From the NCBI RefSeq assembly GCF_006345805.1, contig NC_043014.1, positions 28,520,001 to 28,584,000 on the forward strand: DNA of 64,000 nt, in the 5' to 3' direction. Positions 40,430 to 53,840 of the stretch are shown piece after piece. The position numbers and the translations under genes were made by a program. The notes below the pieces were generated by a model. The model was not told where the DNA came from and did not search any database. It worked only from the letters and a program-made list of their open reading frames with translations. The stretch's first letter is position 1. Each line of letters starts with the position of its first letter. The stretch comes from Octopus sinensis. Its lineage: Eukaryota.

Positions 40430-42470
40430 CGGAATTTTACATTTTTATATTCTTGTAGTTTCTCAACTACTTTTTGTTTTAAACAAACTTCAGCTGGTAT
40501 TATACGAAGCAACAGTAACTATCACTAAATGAATATTTACATAACAGTAATTAATATTAATATCATTGTTCATTCAAGGTTTAAACTCATCAACAAAATT
40601 CTTTTCTTTCTCCTTTTCTTAAACGTCATTTGCGTTATAGATATAGAATGGAGAATATCATTTTAGCGCAGTATATTTCCAAACGATTACATAACGGGAT
40701 CTGCCTGATAGGTGGATGCGTAATTTGTTGCCTGTATATTCCCATGTGTTTTGATATTGAATTTTCAATTTAGCCAATACTTTTCTTCCGATCTTTGTGT
40801 TGTTGTAATGACCAGCGTATATTAATTGACAGGTAATACAATGATTCTCAGTGCATTTATCTTACTGTGAGGTTTTAATCGTCGTCTCTGTGATCAAATT
40901 TTGCTGTGTTCATAAATGCTTCAAAATTTTAATTTGCCTCTTACTTTCAACAAGCGTTCCATATGATTTCCTCTTCCTCTATCTTGTGCTGCTCGAAATT
41001 GTACAGATATAGGGGTTGCATATTCTCTATCTTTTTGTACATGCGGGGGTTGATATTTTTGTTTAAGTAGAAATCTTTTGAGTTCTCAACAATTTTACAA
41101 ATTTTCTTTACTAGTCAGTACAGAATGTTGCATTTCGCATATGTTGGATGACCTGTTTTAAAGTTCAGGTACTGATACATGTCCCTGTCTTTTATAAAGT
41201 GGGAACTTGGTAAGGAGATCAATGCATTAGTTTCGATGAGTATTTCTTCCTTAGGTGAGGTGAAGTTCGTTTTGTTTGTCAGGGATTTATCATATATACC
41301 ATATATATAGAGCATAAAGAATTTTTGTATACCTCCCTCTAGTTATTGACGGTTGACTATTCCGAGATTTTAGTCCTTTCGCAAAAAGCTGAATTCCTCA
41401 TTATCCAAATTATTTTTTGTCAAATTAATACTTTTGGGTCTTATTCCTTTAATTCTTGCCAAACTGTTTCCTTTTCCTTTCTTTCACTTTTCTGGTTATT
41501 CATAGATTAAAAGGGAATCCGTCTCTATTGTTTGGTCTCGTGTGTTGTTCTATGCACTTTGTCGTTGTGTTTGACCTTAATTCTCTATATTCTATATCCT
41601 GTTCCAAGTCTAGAATATATTGTTTGTCCTTTTTATCCCACATTTCACTACCTGAGAAACCACTGTAGGTTTATACGCTGGGGTGAGGAAACGTTCTTGG
41701 CTTTGGATAAAAGAAGATACAGGAGAATTAGTTAATTATGATTTTATTCAACATATTCTGCTCTCAGATTCACATACTTATTGTAGCGATCTTTCAATTT
41801 GCTATGCCCTGTAAATCAACTTGGAAATTTTGGTCTTTAGCCAGGCCTTTGGTGTTACCTTTAAAGCCAGGAACTTTTCAATACCCCTTCATGTATAGAT
41901 CTAATGTGATTTTTCACCGTTTTCTAAGCAAGCCGTCTTTGACTGGATCTTGGAAGTAATTTACCCACTTTTCTTTCTCTAGTATTTTGACTTGCAATTT
42001 TGTCGAAACAAAAGGCAATTTTAAGTGTGCCTTTTACATATACTAGAACGTTTTCATGGTAGTGAGGAGCGCTTACCACAGTTCCCAGCATATTCATCAA
42101 GAAGCAATTGTTATTGTTGTCACAAGAGTCTGGATTTCTTTTCTTCTTTGGAAATGTCCCAAATCCATAATTTTCACATTTCTTCAGTTATATTTCTAGT
42201 CATCGTTTTTGATATTACCTTTAGGATTTAACAATTAATAGCTTCGTATTTTGCTTTGAAACGCGATTGCTGACATTGGATCATATAAATATTCGTTGAA
42301 TTTGGTAATCTTAAGTCCCTACTCGAATTTCTTTCCATGTACTCGTGGATTACCATATATACTCGTGGGTTACCATACCTTTTTAGCAAAAAAAGTAATT
42401 CAAGAACTACCAAAATACCGATATTCTTCATAATTTTATTCACCACGAAAAGAGGGAGGAAGATTTCCAC
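40430..42470 (-). mobile_element. Decayed Penelope-like element (second family), RT core largely deleted
   Basis: N-terminal NLTKNNLDNEEFSFLRK, RT thumb DMYQYLNFKTGHPTYAKCNILY (cf. DRHQYLHYTSCHP..KRSIPY), and EN remnants CITCQL, YRQQITHP, SPFY..EKEKNFVDEFKP*MN. Confidence 0.75.
41672..41895 (-). mobile_element. Mariner-derived MITE nested in the Penelope-like element
   Basis: 33-bp TIRs match at 24/33 (TACATGAAGGGGTATTGAAAAGTTCCTGGCTTT), with TA flanks. Retains the transposase C-terminus KLKDRYNKYVNLRAEYVE*. Confidence 0.75.
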
Positions 42471-42479
42471 GACATAGGA

Positions 42480-43400
42480 AGGAAGGATGGATAAAAAGTA
42501 GAATAGAAGAAAGAAAGGCAGGGAGAAGGAGGAGGATTTCTACGACACATGTAGAAAAGAGGTAACAAAGAGATAAAGGGAGAAAGTAAAGTTAAAATCA
42601 GCGTAATGAAAGGAAAGGTTACTGGTCGTCAAGGGAATTCATCTAAACAGACATGAAATCATTAAGGATGGCAGCTGACCAGAGGGAGAGACAGAGAGAT
42701 ATAGACAATGAAGGAAAGGAGTAGGCGTTGTGGTATCGAAGGAAGAAAATACGCTGAGATAAAGAGAATATGGTGCAAGAAGAAAAGAAGAAATGGTGCT
42801 GGCAGAGTTAAAAAGTTAGAGCTTTACTGCAATTGGAAATCATAAAGACTTTATGTAATGAGCACATGCGGAATAAAATTTGTGCATACACGAGAAGATT
42901 ACGTCAGAGAACCAAATGAGTTTCAAGGTAGCTTCCAAACAAGGTGGTATGTGTTGTAAAGAGAAACTCCACGAACCCCGGATCACGATAAGATATAGGG
43001 AATATCATAGGAGGTGGTGCATATATGTAGCTAGGGAGGTGGAAAGCTTAGAGGCTCCATTTGAGAATGAATTCCCGTGAGCCTGGTAGAAGCACTTGAA
43101 ATCAACAGTGCCGCCAATGTAGACTATAGCCTGGTGGGAAATTTGGGTTATTATTACTGGGCATTTATATATGACATTATAGCTTTAAAAAAATCCATCG
43201 ACGAATATAGTTGAAAGACCCGACAATTACACGTTTTCTCACTAGCAGTGAGCATAGCATTAATCCCTATCCTATGCTGATTCCTATGATCAGTTATCCT
43301 CGAGGTAGGAAGGTAAGACGGAAAATCCATCATAACTAGTATGAGCCTAGGAGAGGGCGTCACCGCTGTCACGTGCATTAGGGTTGCGAGTGCTAGGGGC
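42480..43400 (-). mobile_element. Third Penelope-like fragment: GIY-YIG endonuclease remnant plus pyrimidine-rich 3' region (Poseidon-like)
   Basis: SRITDHRNQHRI..SYNVIYKCP..VYIGGT..EATLKLI (cf. TRITGP..SSNVIYCI..LYIGET..EQRLIF). Heavily degraded. Confidence 0.55.
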
Positions 43401-44363
43401 TATGATATATACATAGACATGATATTTAATAACACAGATTGTGTCGTTAACCAGCTGGAAAAGATGCTAAAATAACAGTAACATCGTCCTTTACATTACG
43501 GTGGCATAAAAACATTATTATCCGGTCCTGTTACTGTACTTCTCCCGCTCAGAGATTTAAAACATGTTTTTTTTCTTGGTATGATATATAAGATTCTTTA
43601 TCAAAGCGATCATGTTGCGTTTATGTATGTGTTCGTAGATGGTAAGAAAGAGCTTCACGCGTAAATAACTTTTTTTATAAAGGAATTAAACATCTTCTTT
43701 ATAGAGCAGACTGAGATTTTCCAAACGATTAGTTTCGTATACAAATAATATTATTTTGTATTTTTTCAATAATATTCCGCATTTCAACATCAAGTGCTTC
43801 GTCAATTTTTAATTTGAAACTTAGTGGGAGATGTTATTTGTGAAGCTATAGAACGTTGATAAGTTGAGATCAGTACAGAGTCCAGTTGAAAAAAAAATCT
43901 GATTTGTAGTCAAAGTATAGATAAATAGAAAACAGAACCTTTTAGTTTGAATAAGATTATGAAGCATATTCATACTTTGGTAGTTCTCGCATCACTTCTT
44001 TTTACTAAAACGATATGGCAATTCACGAGTTTATCAGTAAATCAGTACACTGAAGACTTCTATCATGATATTTGTAATTTTTAGGGTCATACCCGCGGTA
44101 AAATAGTACCTTCATGTACATTAGCTACCTGCCTGTGTTCTATGTTGCCCACAAATAAATTCGCGTGCATGTAACTTCTATCATATCGAAGTTAGACGCA
44201 TTTTCTTCTATGCATCTGGATTCATTATTCAAATCTTATGTTATTACAGAACGAATGATGCTATTTTTCTTTTATCCGAACGAATTCAATTCTTTTCTGA
44301 AATTTCGGGGAAGGAAATTTGAAAGCAAACAGTTAATGAAATAATTGATCTAATTCATACACA

Positions 44364-44400
<37 letters not shown>

Positions 44401-44420
44401 CACACACACACACACACACA

Positions 44421-44460
<40 letters not shown>

Positions 44461-45186
44461 CATATGTATTCAAAAACTGCTCCAGTTGCATATGCGTTTC
44501 AACTTTGTAGGTTCTTCGGTATAATTTATAATTTTAAAACTTTAGGAAGAATTTTGTTTCCGTCGGTATGTTTCGTTTAACATTTCTTTATCTTTACTGA
44601 AGTGCCAATATCTTACTGAACACCTACTATTAATCCCAAATCCTGAGTTCTATACAAAAAAAAAAAAAAATTCTCCACTATGATAATCGAAATTACACAG
44701 ACGAAACTTTAGCGGCTGAAGTTTGTATACAACTGGAGTATTATTGGATTAACGCAAATTATGACATAATTGCGTTTTTTTAAAATTTGCTCTTTCAAAT
44801 CCCTCAAATACAGGAAATCTATTTTTAAAAATTAGCTTTATTCGCCGATGCAAGAATAAATAAAATGAATAATGAATTTCAACATGTGCATGCATTTGTG
44901 TATAAGGATACATACACATACATGCACATATATAGGCATACATACATATGTGGATATGTATATGTGTACATATGCATGTAACATAAGATTTGAATAATGA
45001 GGTAATCAGATCGGATGGTTCATATTTATAGATATTTATTTATATATTACATTTTTTACATATATATCATATCATTCAGATCATATCATTCGGATTAGCG
45101 CTTTCTCCCAATCCAGTGGGGTTTTCAAATCAAATATATATACACATATATATATACGTATATATATACATATATATATACATATG

Positions 45187-45219
<33 letters not shown>

Positions 45220-45220
45220 T

Positions 45221-45270
<50 letters not shown>

Positions 45271-45861
45271 AGTAATAATAATAAAAATAATACATGTACG
45301 GAATTAAATGCATTATTTAAATGCATCGGTACGCGCGTTTGCACAAATCACCCGATTTATTGTGACCATAGTCCACATATCTAAGATGATTACAGTCCAT
45401 TCTAAAAGTCATAAATTCTATCCTTGGAATAACTAGGCCGTAGCCCACATAATAAAGTAGGAGCTTTTATATGCGTACTCTAAACGCTACCTGTAAACAA
45501 ACTTAAAGGATATATATATATATACATACATATATGTATATATATAGATATAAGTATATACATACATACAAACATACATACATATATATATATATATGTG
45601 TGTGCGTGTGTGTGTGTGTGTGTGTGTACGTAATATCCAGGGTTCGATGTGTAGGAAGAAAGTCAGCTTCGAGCAATCCCTAGTAAATAGAAAAAAAAAC
45701 AACTTCCAGGAACAATAATGGTTTATTGAGACGGAAGGTTGCGGAATATTTTCTTTTTTTGTTATCGAAGAGCGATCAACATAAAAAAAGTTCTTTTTAT
45801 ATTCCACTATAGGTAACTGTGACTGCCGAGTGTGTGAAAAAGTATATAATAGTTAAGGATT

Positions 45862-46014
45862 GGAGTAATAAAAATCTGGGTTTTATATGTTTCATAGCGA
45901 GTAGAACCTCAGAATTGGTAAATCCAGGTGAGGTGTATACCACCTCACTTGTATTTACCACTTCTGATGTTCCAGTCGCTATGAAAGATATGTAGTTCAG
46001 ATTTTTCCCACTCC
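45862..46014. repeat. Imperfect 153-nt hairpin (older foldback)
   Basis: Paired blocks GGAGT/ACTCC, AAAAATCTG/CAGATTTTT, TTTCATAGCGA/TCGCTATGAAA, TCAGAA/TTCTGA, TGGTAAAT/ATTTACCA and GTGAGGTG/CACCTCAC around a TATAC loop. Confidence 0.85.
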
Positions 46015-46026
46015 ATTCCGTGTATG

Positions 46027-46075
<49 letters not shown>

Positions 46076-48341
46076 CCTCTGCGTGTGTGTGTGTGTTAAG
46101 ATGGATGGAGAGAGATAAGGAGGGAAAGTGTACACAAAGAAGACAAGTCGCAGAACACATAATATAATGAAAAAAAAGCAAGCGCTGTAATCTACAAAGA
46201 GAAAAAAAGAGCGGTGACGTCACTCGTTTAGAACAAGGACAACACAATCATCTCACACACACACACACACACACCACACACACACACAAACACTCATACA
46301 TACACACGCACATACAAGCACATCCACATTTGCATACACATATACACAAATTTCTTCATTAGCTGCTGGCTGAAGTTTCAGAGTTTTGGTGCATTCACAG
46401 TAGAACTATTAGCTTCGGCATGCCTGTAGATGTAAAAGAATCTGCTAGGGAAATCCTTATTTGAATGGAAGACAATAACAAAGGAGAGAGACAAGAAAAT
46501 GGAGAAAAAGAATGAGGTTATTTTTACTAGTGTAACGTTAAGACTGAATTAAAAAAAAAACTGTATGCACGATAGAAAAGCAGACAATTATATCAGTGCT
46601 GTCTGATGCGCACATTATTTAATCCCATTTTAGGAAAAAAATATTTAAAAATAATTTACGTCATACCATTTGTAATGGATTGATATGATTTGACAAAATC
46701 GTTACAGCGCTGGAGGAAAAGTCTTTCCTTATTTGGTTTTGCCTTTTAGGCTCCAAATTCCGAGCTCAGTTTATCTTTCGTTCTTTTGGTATCGATGAAA
46801 TCAAGTACGAATAAAGCACTGGTGTCGACTGTTCCCCTCCTCCAAAATTTCGGGCTTTGTGCCTATGCAAGGAACAATTAATCCCTTCGATATCTTTGTG
46901 CTTTACGTAGTATACTGTCTCAGAAAATGTAAAGTTAGTTTCATATATGGAAATAAAGACAAGGTAAAAACCAGAGCAGATCAAGCCAAGAACTGTGGTT
47001 AAAAAAGAAAAAAAAATCGTCACAGAATTTCATAGCAGCCGTTTCGTAAATGCATGTTACACAATTTATCTAGGGCTATTAAACCAAGGTTATTGTCAAG
47101 AATTGATTTCTAGAAGTATTCACTAATAACCTGTTTATAGCAGCCATTCATTATTTCGATTGGTTTGCAATACAATGGATTTATGTAACCATCATTGTTC
47201 TTCACAACGAACTGCGTGATGCATAGACCAATATGATAAAATTGATTTCGAAGAAATCATTATATAAATAACATACTCACACCGCTCACGTACGCGCATA
47301 CACGTAAATGCTCTAAACTATCAGCCTCTTAGGAGCCAAAGTTTCGAAGGCGTTAAACATAATTGCCATTCTAGTCTCACTTAATACCAGAAAATTCTTT
47401 CTTCTTCAGTGACCAAAAGTATAGTTTTGCTGATTCATGGTCAACCAGTACTGCAGTGGCTTCTAACAGAATTCAGTCGATGCGTGTGAAAGCGTGCGCA
47501 AGAGAGAGAAAGAGAGAGGAAGGGAGGGAGGGAGGGAGGGAGGGAGGGAGAAAGAAAGAGAGATGGAGAAAGAGAGAGAAAGAGAGAGGGAAAGAGAAAG
47601 AGGGGAGAGAGGGGGATGGAGAGGGAGAGAGATGGAGTGAGGGAGTGAGGGGGAGAAAGATAGAGGGGTTGGGAGAGAGGAGATGGTGTGAGAGAGAGAG
47701 AGAAAGAGAGAGGGGATGAAGAGAGAGAAAGAGATGGAAAGAGAAAGAGGGGAGAGTAGGGATAGAGAGGGGAGAGAGAGGGGAGAGAGAGGGAGAAAGA
47801 GGGAGAGAGAGAAAGGGGTGAGGAGAGGGGAGAGAGTATGAGAGAGGGAGAGAAAGATAGAGAGTAGGAAGCAGCGTTTACCCTACACCAAAAACATTAT
47901 TCTGTTTTTCATTCAAATGTACATTTTAATCTGTAGATATATAAATTCATAAATATCGTGCATAGAAGATGATATAGATTAAAATAATTTGGTATAGTAA
48001 AATATAAATGAAGAATTTGTAATTTCAATCTAAAAATATAAAACTTTGGGAAGAATTTCCAGGAATTTATTTACAATAATATATCTGTCAATGAAAGTGG
48101 CGAGCTGGTAGAATCATTAGCACGATGGGCAAAATGCTTAGCGGCATTTCATTCGTCTTCACGTTCTGGGTTGAAATTCTGCCGAGGTCAACTTTGCTTT
48201 TCAAATAAGTATCAGTTGAACGCTAGGGTTGACGTAATCGACTTACTCCCTCTCCCGAATTTGCTGGCCTTGTGCTAAAAGTTTAAGCCAGTATTGCTAT
48301 GATTAGCGAATATAGCATTTAGTATATTCTGCATTAGAAAA

Positions 48342-48883
48342 TATTGGGTTGTCCGGAAAGTTCGTGCCGATTTATAGTACCTTACCACCTTTCGACGTAT
48401 TTTAGAACATGGTTGAGTCCATAAAACAGGATTTGACTACACCCCCATTAAGAGCACAGTTTAAGATATCTTTTCGTAGAAGAAGGTTTATGTTCCTATA
48501 ACCTGTGTTAACTCTGAAACCCTTTAAAATGGAAGATAAGAAAGTTCATTTTCGGCACTTGATGCTTTGGGAATCAGACAAAAATTGCTGCAGCTCGGCC
48601 TGGATGTGTTCCCCCACCCTCCATATTCACCAGATATTGCCCCTTCGGATTCCCATTTATTCAAGTCAATTCTTTGGATGACGTAAAAAGATACCTTGAT
48701 GAATTCTTTGCCATGAAACCACCTCAATTCTGGGAAGAGGCTATTTTCAAGTTAAAGGAAAGATGGAGACGCATTGTGCAACCAAATGGTTCATATTTGG
48801 TTGATTAATAATGTAATGGCAAGTATTTATTGACCTTTTTCCTTCCTTTAAAAATCGGCACGAATTTTCCGGACAACCCAATA
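48342..48883 (+). mobile_element. Internally deleted mariner (DD34D-type) element
   Basis: 32-bp TIRs including TA with 1 mismatch (TATTGGGTTGTCCGGAAAGTTCGTGCCGATTT). Remnants MEDKKVHFRHLMLWE, HPPYSPDIAPSDSHLF and LKERWRRIVQPNGSYLVD*. Confidence 0.95.
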
Positions 48884-49601
48884 TGTTGGTATAAAATGTG
48901 AAGTTTACTGTTTTAAATTCTCTTTAATAGATTTTTATTTTTCTAGGCACAACGCAACAAACTATACGAGACCTCGGCTATGATCAAAGGTATTATCATA
49001 TCATATTTGCTACATCATCATTTATAACTGATAAATTGCTTTTAAGCGAATGCACCAAGTTTTAGTGGAGGGAAATATCAAGCGTGACTTCCTTTTACTC
49101 TAAAATTGTTAGACCTGAAATTGAAACTGCAGCGCGGAAACATATCTCTATATGTACAGAGCTAGTCTGTTTCTATGTATATTTAAAACGACACAATTGG
49201 TGTTGTAAAGAATGCATGACAACAACTTGTAAATCTATGTGGAAACAATTTGATTAAACAATATTATCAGTGACGTAATTACAGTTACTCGCTTGCTAAC
49301 TTTTGGTTAAACAGCATTAAGATGTTATCATATTTATTGGAATTTGAATATTTAAAGCAGTACACTTGTGTCTATTATTAAATCATTGAAATCGTGAGAA
49401 GACAAGAATTATTAAATAAAGAGGCTGAAAATTAACGACAAATCAAAGCATTAAAGATTGGAACAATTGAGTTGATAGAAAACCAACAGTGATATATTAT
49501 TTTTATATTTCCAAAGAAAAAATAATTAGAAAAATCGTTGAGAGGGAAAACTGCAAATTGTCAGCCATATTTTGAAAGAAGTTAACAAAGATATTGTGCT
49601 G

Positions 49602-49632
<31 letters not shown>

Positions 49633-50194
49633 TGTATGTATGTATGTATGTATGTATGTATGTATGTACGTATTTATATGTGTATGTATGTTTGCATGTA
49701 TGAGTGTATGTATGTATGTACGTATGCATGTATGTACGTATGTATGTATGTATGTATGTATGTATATGTGCATGCATGTATGAATGTATGTGTGTATATA
49801 TGTATGCATGCATGCATGTATGTATGTGTGTATGCATGCATGCATGTATGTATGTATGTATGTATGTATGTATGTATGTATGTATGTATGTATGTATGCA
49901 CGTATGTATGTATGTGTGTGTATGTATGTATATATTTTATATTATATATAGATATATATATTATATTTTTTTAATATTTTATCTAGTTTCAGCTCACGAA
50001 CTGTGGCCATGCTGGGGCATTGCCATTCATGTATGTATGTATGTATGTATGTATGTATGTATGTATGCATGCATGTATGTGTGTATGTCTGTATGTGTGT
50101 GTATGTATGTGTGTATGTATGTATGTATGTGTGTATATATGTATGTATGTATGTATGTATGTTTGTGTGTATGTATGTATGCATTCATGTGTGA

Positions 50195-50490
50195 AGATGC
50201 GTGGCTTATTGATTAGGATATTCGGATTTCGATTGTAAGGTCGTGTGTTCGATTCCTAGTGGCGCATTGTGTCCTTGAGCAAGATACTTTATTGTTGCTC
50301 CAGTCCACTCGGCTGGCAAAAATGTATCGTACTTATAATTCAAACGGCAAGTCTTGTCACATTCTGCCTCACGGTGAATCTCCCAAAAGGCGTTCAGGGT
50401 ACGCCTTTTGCGGAGTGTTCAGCTGCTTGCATATTAATTTCACGAGCAGGTTGTTCGTTGATCGGATCAACTGGTATACTGATCGTCTTA
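50195..50490 (+). mobile_element. tRNA-derived SINE, family B
   Basis: Colinear with 4025-4345. Confidence 0.75.
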
Positions 50491-50641
50491 ATCGACGAAG
50501 TGTCATTTTTTTTTATGCATGTATGTATATAGTCTTCAGGTTTTAGTTTTCGATTTACCTGTCAGTGAAGAAAGATTCGATTTGTAAGTGAGAAAAAAGG
50601 CTCTTTCATTGAAATTTAGACGTCAACGTTGTATTTATACA

Positions 50642-50835
50642 CACGGTGGCCCAAAAGTAGGTTTACAGTTATTCAACTATTACTTTCGCATTCATATATT
50701 AAAAGTTTAGATCTTAATTATAAAAAAAAATGAAACCATTATTCTATGCTAATTTAGTTAATTGTAAGATAGAAATTTAAATGTAAATTTAAAGTGCCTA
50801 CGTGATAACTGTAAACCTACTTTTGGGCCACCCTG
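50642..50835. mobile_element. Tc1/mariner-type MITE
   Basis: 31-bp TIRs CA(C/G)GGTGGCCCAAAAGTAGGTTTACAGTTAT with 1 mismatch, TA on the right flank, 194 bp, non-coding. Confidence 0.9.
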
Positions 50836-51149
50836 TATATACTTGCATGTATATATGCATGTATTCATAAATGTATGCCTGCATGTATGTATGTTTGCAT
50901 GCATCTATGCATGCTTGTACGTATGTATTATATAATCATGTGTCCATACATACATATATGTTTGTATGTATATATGTATGTATGTATGTACACATTTAAA
51001 CCATAACTATGTATCCTTGATCATCAATCGGGACCACCTTTCCAACTTCTGTAAAATTATGCACATCGTATAAGGCGACGGGTCGATGTAATCAACTTAC
51101 CCACTCACTCGAAATTGCTGAGCTTGTGCAAAAATTTGATATTATGCAC

Positions 51150-52480
51150 CTCGTGTCTGCAGACTTGATGCACTTCAACATTGAAAGGCTGTTAGAATTG
51201 ATGTTATGCCCCTGTAGTCTGATTTTAGTTTAAAGTAGAGATTGTTTACTTCACACGTAATCTCGAAAATTCTGGTGTGGAATATGAATTTTGCGTTTTA
51301 GTATTAATAAACCAAATATCAGCAGCGCCTGGTTGATTAATCCATATGTGCGCTATTGATTTATTGCATGCGAAAATATTTGTGGATCTAGTGTTATGTT
51401 ACCTGGTTATCCGTTCTATGTTTCAAGTTCCACCATATGATATATTTTTACTCATTCCTAGATATCTCTCGTCTGATATAAGAAATATCGTTAAGCAATT
51501 GATAGACACGTTACCATATAAGCTTGTATTTTCTGCTCCACTTACTGCCATTGAGGGACATTTATCGTGGATAAACCCCATGCCTTTATTCTTTGGGAAT
51601 GATGCAACGACGTCAAAATTCTTCATACCATTCATACACATGGAATACATTATTAGTTCTCAAAAAGACAGCGTGTTAAGTTGGTGTTTTTGTCTTCTTG
51701 TAAGCTATCCTGAATTCCCGCCGGACGTCTGACCCCACAGTTTTATTAGTGAAACGTTGGTCAGCACTGACACAAAACCCTTTCTTTCCAGTTGCTTTAC
51801 CAGCTATGATGATATAATTACTAACATTTTCAATCAGTCTAAATCTATTCTTGGAAGAAAAGATTAGATAAGCTGTATACATTATCTTCAGGTACGTATT
51901 TGATCGATTGCTTTTCTTCTTGTGTGTGGAAATTTTTGAGGGTATGAGTTTTGTTTTTATATCAGCACCAATCAGCTTCGTATGTTTACATGTCCATGAG
52001 AAATTTCTGATAGAAACCGATAAGATTCTTTCGTTAGACTGTTAGTATTTTTGCACTAGTATCTGAAATCATATCTCCCCCTAGTGCTTTCCTCTTCAGA
52101 AGATTTTGAATCCCAATCTCAAGGACATCACTATTGAAGCCCTATGCTGCTCTTCTAATATTGGAGCAACACTTCTTCCGAAATTCCCCCAAGCTACATT
52201 GTATGCTGGTTAAACTTCATCTCTTCTTTCCATGTTTTTTTATTATTTTGAGTAAATCTGTATCTTTCTAAAATGGGGACATCTGCAATATATATTGAAA
52301 GTCCCCTCATGCATGTATATACAGCTGATTGATTTCGATTGAGTTCCTTATTATTTTTCTTTCAGTCCCTCTCTTCTTCACTGATATGTTTTAACTCCTG
52401 TTTGAGTGTTATTAATTTGTCTTCAAGTGTTCTCATTTTTGCAATCTTATTCTTCTGATCACATACTTCTTGAATGAACG
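51150..52480 (-). mobile_element. Very decayed second R4/Dong-type RT region
   Basis: Ordered remnants LEDKLITLKQ..NRNQSAVY, KKTWKEEMKFNQH, EGFCVSADQRFTNKTVGSDVRR (cf. GCKDQLLINKAILED), RHGVYPR*MSL (cf. RGIYQGDSLS) and VYQLLNDISY. Confidence 0.5.
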
Positions 52481-53094
52481 TGACCATAAGAATATACATA
52501 TACATACATACATACATGGTGGCTGCCCCCTCGTTATCGAGTATGGCCATTGCGCGAAGCTTAATCAATGTTGTTATCGTGCAATGCCTGTGCAAGAAGA
52601 TTATTTTTAAAGTGAGGAAAGGCTGTGCACTGAGTCAATCCCACTCACTAAGCAACAGCAGCCATCATCCGAAAAGAAGAAAAAGTCAACATCATCGGTA
52701 ACCACTGAGCCGCAGGTTTTATGTCGGAGTTATCCCAGTTACCTGAGTTACCTTCTCCTAGAAGGATGCCCTAAACAAAGGGTAGGAGTCTTTCACTCCC
52801 AATGGTTTAACCGCGCGATCGAGTATTCAGTCTGATTATTTCTATGTCCCCGCGCATGATACAGCCTTAAGACATTTATTGGATGGCCTTTGACTCTCAA
52901 GAATTCCTCCGACCGACCTACCTACCTACCTACCTACCTACCTACCTACCTACCTACCTACCTACCTACCTACCTACCTACATACATACATACATACATA
53001 CATACATACATACATACATACATACATACACACATACATATACATACATACATACATGTAATATATATATATATAATATATATATATATATAAT

Positions 53095-53151
<57 letters not shown>

Positions 53152-53423
53152 AATTCATTACACATTAAAAATGAGCTGCCACTAGTTTCATGTTTTACGA
53201 TACATTGAATAGGCAAATTTTTAAACAACCCATGTATCTCCTAACAATCTTTCAGGCTCTATTTATGCATTATATATATATATTTGGAGCCTGAACAATG
53301 AGAAAATAAGTTAAAAAAGAAAAGAAAAACGCGAAAGTTAATGCAAAAAAAAATGGAACCAGAAATGGAAACGTAAAAAAGAAAACCAAGGTCCCTGTCC
53401 TCCTTCGTAGAAACATAAAACTA

Positions 53424-53840
53424 TTACATTATTTACATTATTTACATTCGACGGATATTTGTCCTCATCTTGTTTGTTGTTAACACAACGTTTCGGCTGA
53501 TATACCCTCTAGCAATCTCTAGGTGCTTAGGGGAAATTTCGAACCTGGGTTCTCATTCCTAAGGTATTTTTCGATTTTGTTGTTGTTGTTGTTGTCGTCG
53601 TTGTTGTTGTTGTTGTTCAGGTCACTGCTTGGAACCGAACTCGGAATCATGGGGTTAGTAGCCCACGCTCTTAACCACTACGCCATATGCCCACGGGCAT
53701 ATGAAGACGGCTGGGGGGTATATCAGTCGAAATGTTGCGTTAACAACAAAGAAGATGAGAACAAATATCCGTCGAATGTAAATAATGTAAATAATGTACA
53801 TAATGTACATAATACCTCATCTCTTAAATATAGAACTGTA
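53424..53840 (-). mobile_element. tRNA-headed SINE with a hammerhead-like Penelope-type tail, plus an inverted copy of the tail
   Basis: Minus-strand head GGCGTAGTGGTTAAGAGCGTGGGCTACTAACCCCATGATTCCGAGTTCGGTTCC (A and B boxes, about 53617-53692), then (AAC)n, body, and tail ..TATATCAGCC GAAA CGT T GTGTT. The tail is repeated inverted at 53700-53810 beyond the junction hairpin ATATGCCC-AC-GGGCATAT. Confidence 0.75.

Noticed and set aside
40440-40500. Hammerhead at the 3' end of the second Penelope-like element
   Set aside because: CTGAAGT...GAAACTAC is present on minus, but A9 is substituted and stems I and III do not pair.
52514-52600. HDV-like ribozyme at the start of the RTE-like repeat
   Set aside because: A P1-like helix (GGUGGCU/GGCCAUU) exists, but no consistent P2, P3 or P1.1 could be built in both copies.
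53617-53692. tRNA gene (also the heads at 4025, 4445, 7505, 13645 and 28245)
   Set aside because: A and B boxes are present but there is no complete acceptor stem, and each runs into a repeated SINE body.
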